Source: an uncultured archaeon (GTDB lineage Archaea > Asgardarchaeota > Hermodarchaeia > Hermodarchaeales > Hermodarchaeaceae). Taken from it: DNA of 64,000 nucleotides. The notes beneath the pieces were generated by a model, which worked only from the letters and a program-made list of their open reading frames with translations, had not been told where the DNA came from and ran no database searches. The DNA is taken from the NCBI GenBank assembly GCA_964347045.1, contig CAYFXC010000007.1, forward strand, positions 10,549 to 74,548, given 5' to 3'. Made by a program: the position numbers and the translations under genes. Shown here in pieces: positions 60,031 to 64,000 of this stretch. Every line of letters starts with the position of its first letter. The stretch's first letter is position 1.

Positions 60031-61011
60031 ATGACCATTGTTGATTTGCTAGATAAAGCAACTCTTCGATTTCTCCTTTTTGGAGGGAAGGGGGGAGTAG
60101 GTAAAACAAGCAGTGCCGCCGCTTCCGCACTTTGGGCAGCTGAACATGGTCGAGAAACTATTGTAATTAGTACAGATCCTGCGCACAGTCTTGGAGACTG
60201 CTTTGCCCAGGATATCAGTGGTGGAGAAGTCATTCCCATCAAAGGCGTAAAGAACCTTTACGGAATGGAAATCAACCCCCAAAAAGCATACGAAGAGTAC
60301 AAAGAAACTGCACAACAATCCGACACAGGCGAAATCGGCTCGATGGGTGATATGATGGGTCTTGAGGATCTCGCAGACATGAATGCTCCTGGATCAGATG
60401 AAGCACTTGCCTTTTCCAAAGTACTAGAATTTATTCATAAGTGCGAATATGATCTAGTTGTCTTTGATACTGCTCCTACAGGCCACACACTTCGCCTTTT
60501 AGGGCTCCCAGAAATGCTTGACAGCTTTTTTGGAAAACTCATCAAATTCCGAATGCGATTCAGTAGCATGTTTAGCCGATTAAAATCGATATTCGGACGA
60601 GGAGACCCAAAAGGAGAAGACCGGTCTTTGGAAAATCTCGAGAACCTTAAAGTCGCCATTAATGAAGCACGGGTTGAACTCACTGACCCGACACGAACTA
60701 GCTTTGTCATTGTTATGATTCCTGAAGCTATGGCAGTATCTGAGACTGAACGCCTTTTACAAACACTCTACGAATATCAAATTCCAAGTAGCCATATTAT
60801 TGTGAACATGGTTTTCCCAGATATTCCAAATTGTCAATTTTGTAGGGCTAGAAAAACCATGCAGACCCAATATTTAAGCCAAATTCATGAGATTTATGAC
60901 GATTTCATGATTACAGAGATTCCTCTCTTCGAAGAAGAGATTCGGGGTATCCCTGCTCTAACACGTCTTTCAAGTTTATTGGCCACGGGTGTATTTCCAG
61001 AAAAAAGGTGA
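60031..61011 (+). CDS. Get3/TRC40-type ArsA-family ATPase
   Basis: GGKGGVGKT, STDPAHSL, PGSDEA, DTAPTGHTLRLL, Met-rich insert, CQFC.AR..MQ..YL..I. Confidence 0.9.
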   Translation: MTIVDLLDKATLRFLLFGGKGGVGKTSSAAASALWAAEHGRETIVISTDPAHSLGDCFAQDISGGEVIPIKGVKNLYGMEINPQKAYEEYKETAQQSDTGEIGSMGDMMGLEDLADMNAPGSDEALAFSKVLEFIHKCEYDLVVFDTAPTGHTLRLLGLPEMLDSFFGKLIKFRMRFSSMFSRLKSIFGRGDPKGEDRSLENLENLKVAINEARVELTDPTRTSFVIVMIPEAMAVSETERLLQTLYEYQIPSSHIIVNMVFPDIPNCQFCRARKTMQTQYLSQIHEIYDDFMITEIPLFEEEIRGIPALTRLSSLLATGVFPEKR

Positions 61012-61127
61012 AAAAACTATTGAGGAAAAAGCGGCAGAATCTAATCATCGCAATAATCATGATGAGTCTAATCATTGGCAGCGTAATTGTTGGCATCATC
61101 CTTCTCAGCCTTCCTTTCTTACCATAA
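61008..61127 (+). CDS. Unannotated 39-aa single-TM protein overlapping the Get3 stop codon
   Basis: GTGA overlap; MKKLLRKKRQNLIIAIIMMSLIIGSVIVGIILLSLPFLP*. Confidence 0.6.
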   Translation: MKKLLRKKRQNLIIAIIMMSLIIGSVIVGIILLSLPFLP

Positions 61128-61194
61128 ATGCTCTAGAACTGAGCAAAACTTATTAAGCGACGAGAGATGCCGTCTAGCAGTACATATTTTCGAG

Positions 61195-61410
61195 GTGCTC
61201 AGAATTACATTTCGGTGTGCTAAATGTGGGAAAACACTTTCCTGCCCTTATTGTCAAACCCCAGTCCCTTCAATGCCTCCTAGTAATCGGTGTCCCCATT
61301 GCGGTAAGCCTTTTGCTACAACCTTGCCTTCCAGTAAATGTCCTTTCTGCGGGGCACGAATAATGTACAAGGAGCGCCCTCAAATCATTAAGAAGCTTAC
61401 TGCACGGTAA
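61195..61410 (+). CDS. rpoP: RNA polymerase subunit Rpo12 (RpoP) with inserted second zinc ribbon
   Basis: FRCAKCG ... KCPFCGARIMYKERPQIIKKLTAR Rpo12 signature; extra CPYC..CPHC between; start GTG 61195 or ATT 61204. Confidence 0.82.
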   Translation: MLRITFRCAKCGKTLSCPYCQTPVPSMPPSNRCPHCGKPFATTLPSSKCPFCGARIMYKERPQIIKKLTAR

Positions 61411-61534
61411 ACACTTCACCCCAAGCAACTGAGACCTAATTCTCAACTCCATGGAGCTATCACAAGCACCTCCGTAAGCTTTTATAAGGGTTAAATTGGA
61501 TATCCCTTATCACCATAATTCTATGAGGTAAATA

Positions 61535-61843
61535 ATGTCAGAAATTTGTCCTATTTGCAGTTTGCCTAAAGATATTTGTCGCTGCCAAGAATTGGCGAAG
61601 ACAGAGCAGCGAATAAAAGTAAGCGTCGAGAGACGAAAATGGGGACGGGAAGTTACTCTCATTGAGGGTATAAACAGCCGAGAAATTTCACTTTCCGAAC
61701 TTGTCACTAAACTCAAGATGAGATGTGCATGCGGAGGTAGTGCAAAAGAAGGTGTCATTGTTTTGCAAGGAGATCACCGCCACAACATCAAGAACATTCT
61801 TAGTGATCTCGGATTCCCCTCCGATAACATCGACGTTGCTTAA
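61535..61843 (+). CDS. Translation initiation factor aIF1 (SUI1)
   Basis: ICPICSLPKDIC.C, RRKWGREVTLIEG, LK..CACGGS.K, LQGDHR. Confidence 0.95.
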   Translation: MSEICPICSLPKDICRCQELAKTEQRIKVSVERRKWGREVTLIEGINSREISLSELVTKLKMRCACGGSAKEGVIVLQGDHRHNIKNILSDLGFPSDNIDVA

Positions 61844-61979
61844 CGCTAATCAGCTTCAGACTTGTCAATACAAGGCTTTGGATAGCCCATTGGTAGACAA
61901 ATAGCAGATGCAGAGGGGGTTATACCTTCTAAATATAAGAGGAAAGCTTTTTGTGGGAGGGCTTGGTTCAACATTTCTT

Positions 61980-62001
61980 CGTGCCGGGGCACCGTGCCGG
62001 G
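61980..62001 (+). repeat. Direct repeat CGTGCCGGG x2 duplicating the tRNA-His 5' acceptor strand in the leader
   Basis: CGTGCCGGG at 61980-61988 and 61993-62001. Confidence 0.8.
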
Positions 62002-62150
62002 ATTATGTTGGTAAGTATTTACCAGCTCCCGAAGGTGTAAACTGGTAATTACCCAGGCGCAATGGTAGCATTGAAGCCTGTGGAACCCTATCCTCATGGA
62101 TAGGATGCTGAGAGCTTTAGGTCGGGGTTCGAATCCCTGTCCCGGCACCA
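61996..62150 (+). tRNA. tRNA-His(GUG) with three introns: 8/9 (62004-62033), 15/16 (62041-62062), 37/38 (62084-62112); A73; CCA encoded
   Basis: Splicing gives a 74-nt cloverleaf GCCGGGAUGGUGUAAUGGUAGCAUUGAAGCCUGUGGAGCUUUAGGUCGGGGUUCGAAUCCCUGUCCCGGCACCA; BHB-type motif at each intron; adjacent to hisS. Confidence 0.88.
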
Positions 62151-62165
62151 TTTTTCACTATCAAC

Positions 62166-63701
62166 ATGAATAATAGAGAGAAGTACGAACATGAGTTGAT
62201 GAAAATGAAACGCGGAAAAGATCTAGCCGTTGGTGGATTTCGAGATTTCTACCCTGAACTTTATCAACGAATTGATAGAATACTTCAAGCCTTCCGTGAG
62301 ACTCCTAAATTGTTTGGTTATATCGAATATGAGTGCCCAACAGTTGAACCACTAGAACTATATCAGTTGAAATCCGGACCATCACTCGTTGAAGAAACTT
62401 TCAAAGTCACAGATCGCAAAGACCGGCAGCTTGTATTGCGTCCAGAAACAACACCCTCTCTTGCTAGGATGCTTGCCGCCCAACAGCAGTATTATCCACG
62501 CCCAATACGGTGGTTTTCAATTTCGCGCGTATTTCGAGATGAAACCCAACAACGAGGGCGCGTTAAGGAATTTTGGCAATTGAATGTCGATATTTTAGGC
62601 ACCGAAGATGTCGCCGCTGATGCCGAAGTTATCAACGTGCTCGCAGCAATCATTCTAAGCCTTGACTTCACACCAAAAGATTTCGTTATTCGGATCAATG
62701 ACCGGCGCTTAATCCAAAGTTTCATCGAATCATTGAAACTTACCAATTACACAGAGATTATACGAGTCTTAGACCGGCGCGAAAAACTCTTACAAGAATC
62801 CATTGTTGACCGGCTCACAAAAATCGGTACCCCAGCAAAAAAAGCGGACCAAATTGCCCTCAAACTTCGTCATTTCTATATTGGAAAACAAAAAGCCGAA
62901 CCAAAACTTCCAGCTTCTAAAGAAATTACAGAATTGAAAAAAAGTCTTCCACAACTTCAACGTCAGGCACTTATCAATGCACTTCGAAAAACGGGTATTA
63001 CTCAACAGGCAGCAGAACGACTCACTGATTTTTCTGCAATTCGAGGAACACCAAAAGATTTCCTTAAGGCCATGGATGACATAAAACTTGACAAATCAAC
63101 TCAACGAACCTTAGGCCCTCTTAGGCAACTCGCTATGCAATTGAATGACTTAGGAATAACAGATGTCTGTGAATTTGATGCAGGAATAGCCCGGGGGCTT
63201 GATTATTACACGGGCATCGTCTTTGAAGCTTGGGACCGCCGTACGGGATTACCTCGAGCAATTGCAGGAGGAGGTCGCTATGATGATCTTGTCGGCATTT
63301 TTGAAGGACAACGACTGCCAGGGACTGGATTCGGTTTTGGTGAGACTGTAATTTTGGAACTTGCTGAAGAAATGAACTTGCTTCCACCCCCAGAACCACC
63401 CGCTGAAATCTATTTAGCTCCGGTCTCAAAGAAACAACTAAGCAGTTGTCGAGAAGTCGCCTCACTCCTCCGAGCAGCGGGAATAAGGACACTTTTCAAT
63501 GGTTTTTCATGGTCACTAACCAAACATCTTGAGGATGCCAGTAAACGTCAGATCCCATTTGTTGCTATCATTGGACCTCAAGAACTTGCCAAAAAGGTCG
63601 CTAATGTCCGTGATATGAAGACTGGTAAAGAGCAGTCAGTTAAGATCACAAAATTAGCAGATTTCATTCAAGAAAAGCTTCAAAAAAGAACCAAATCTTG
63701 A
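62166..63701 (+). CDS. hisS: Histidyl-tRNA synthetase with enlarged insertion domain
   Basis: GFRDFYP, LRPETTP, motif 2 FRDETQQRGRVKEF, ARGLDYYTG.VFE, GGGRYD.L, GFGFG, anticodon-binding domain. Confidence 0.97.
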   Translation: MNNREKYEHELMKMKRGKDLAVGGFRDFYPELYQRIDRILQAFRETPKLFGYIEYECPTVEPLELYQLKSGPSLVEETFKVTDRKDRQLVLRPETTPSLARMLAAQQQYYPRPIRWFSISRVFRDETQQRGRVKEFWQLNVDILGTEDVAADAEVINVLAAIILSLDFTPKDFVIRINDRRLIQSFIESLKLTNYTEIIRVLDRREKLLQESIVDRLTKIGTPAKKADQIALKLRHFYIGKQKAEPKLPASKEITELKKSLPQLQRQALINALRKTGITQQAAERLTDFSAIRGTPKDFLKAMDDIKLDKSTQRTLGPLRQLAMQLNDLGITDVCEFDAGIARGLDYYTGIVFEAWDRRTGLPRAIAGGGRYDDLVGIFEGQRLPGTGFGFGETVILELAEEMNLLPPPEPPAEIYLAPVSKKQLSSCREVASLLRAAGIRTLFNGFSWSLTKHLEDASKRQIPFVAIIGPQELAKKVANVRDMKTGKEQSVKITKLADFIQEKLQKRTKS

Positions 63702-63759
63702 CCCATCAAGGAATCTTAATTGAATATTTACCTTGATAAATAGAAGTGCTTTAATAGTC

Positions 63760-63778
63760 GTAGGATATTTTATCCTAC
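63760..63778. promoter_or_regulatory. Inverted repeat just downstream of a TATA-like box
   Basis: GTAGGATA-TTT-TATCCTAC following CTTTAATA. Confidence 0.35.
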
Positions 63779-63801
63779 AAATACGTTTAGGGCGATTAAC
63801 T

Positions 63802-64000
63802 CTGAAAAAACAGGCTATTTATGGAGTCCTTCTTCTTTCGCTGATTTTCCTCATAACCAACACCACAACGGCCAACACTTCATCTAGTAGCTTTGAAACC
63901 TATGAATGGGTTGCTTCAAATCTAGAGCAAACCATCGATTATGGTAACTCAACACAAACTGTATTTTCAAACCTAAGTGGAATAACTGCCTTTGATATTC
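63802..64000 (+). CDS. Secreted/surface protein, 5' part only (not in ORF track)
   Basis: Open frame to the window end: (M)KKQAIYGVLLLSLIFLITNTTTANTSSS... with a signal peptide and N-x-S/T sequons; apparent CTG start, uncertain. Confidence 0.6.
   Translation, partial: MKKQAIYGVLLLSLIFLITNTTTANTSSSSFETYEWVASNLEQTIDYGNSTQTVFSNLSGITAFDI

Noticed and set aside
60031-61011. Arsenic-resistance ArsA
   Set aside because: Single domain, no ars neighbours, and Get3-type CxxC and Met-rich insert are present
61983-61995. A fourth intron, or the true tRNA 5' end at 61983
   Set aside because: No BHB can be drawn for a 13-nt intron, and a 61983 start gives C8; the 61996 start gives U8 and a strict BHB
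62072-62119. Alternative splicing that would give anticodon GAG (Leu)
   Set aside because: It leaves a 3-nt variable region, no long Leu arm and no BHB; GUG with a 37/38 intron and adjacent hisS fits better
61846-62151. Minus-strand 101-aa ORF
   Set aside because: It is antisense to the tRNA-His gene; the MVPGQGFEP start is a typical tRNA shadow
1-64000. CRISPR arrays, transposases, integrases, prophage, rRNA or selenoprotein signals
   Set aside because: None recognised by eye; genes flanking both tRNAs are housekeeping-like with no att-type duplication of the tRNA 3' ends seen

Overview
A gene-dense archaeal chromosomal segment, most likely from an Asgard archaeon. This is inferred from three roadblock-fold genes, an ESCRT-II Vps22/Vps36-like gene, a Get3-type ATPase, a JAMM protease and eL13. 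It is mostly housekeeping: gltX, hisS, aIF1, Rpo12, proteasome beta, topo VI A/B, ASH-Ski2-like helicase, a full archaeal CoA cluster, LipS1/LplA/LipS2 lipoylation, AMP phosphorylase and R15P isomerase, GGR, tetraether synthase, ino1, mat, signal peptidase and site-2 protease. I found no CRISPR array, transposase, integrase or rRNA. The strongest hidden signal is in RNA. tRNA-His(GUG) at 61996-62150 reads as a three-intron gene (8/9, 15/16, 37/38), each intron with a BHB-type motif. It has an A73 discriminator, no encoded G-1 and a duplicated acceptor strand in its leader. It sits 15 nt upstream of a HisRS whose G-1-phosphate-reading arginines appear substituted. tRNA-Gln(CUG) carries two introns (15/16, 37/38). 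A candidate ~131-nt ncRNA with promoter, terminal stem and T6 terminator lies at 9060-9190. Unusual proteins include a tail-anchored JAMM protease, an unannotated 39-aa single-TM ORF coupled to Get3, a roadblock-polyproline-winged-helix protein, an eL13-(HhH)2 fusion, Rpo12 with a nested extra zinc ribbon, a degenerate Orc1/Cdc6, and two head-to-head paralog pairs (eIF2B-family and pantoate kinase). All protein calls come from motif recognition by eye; no searches were run.
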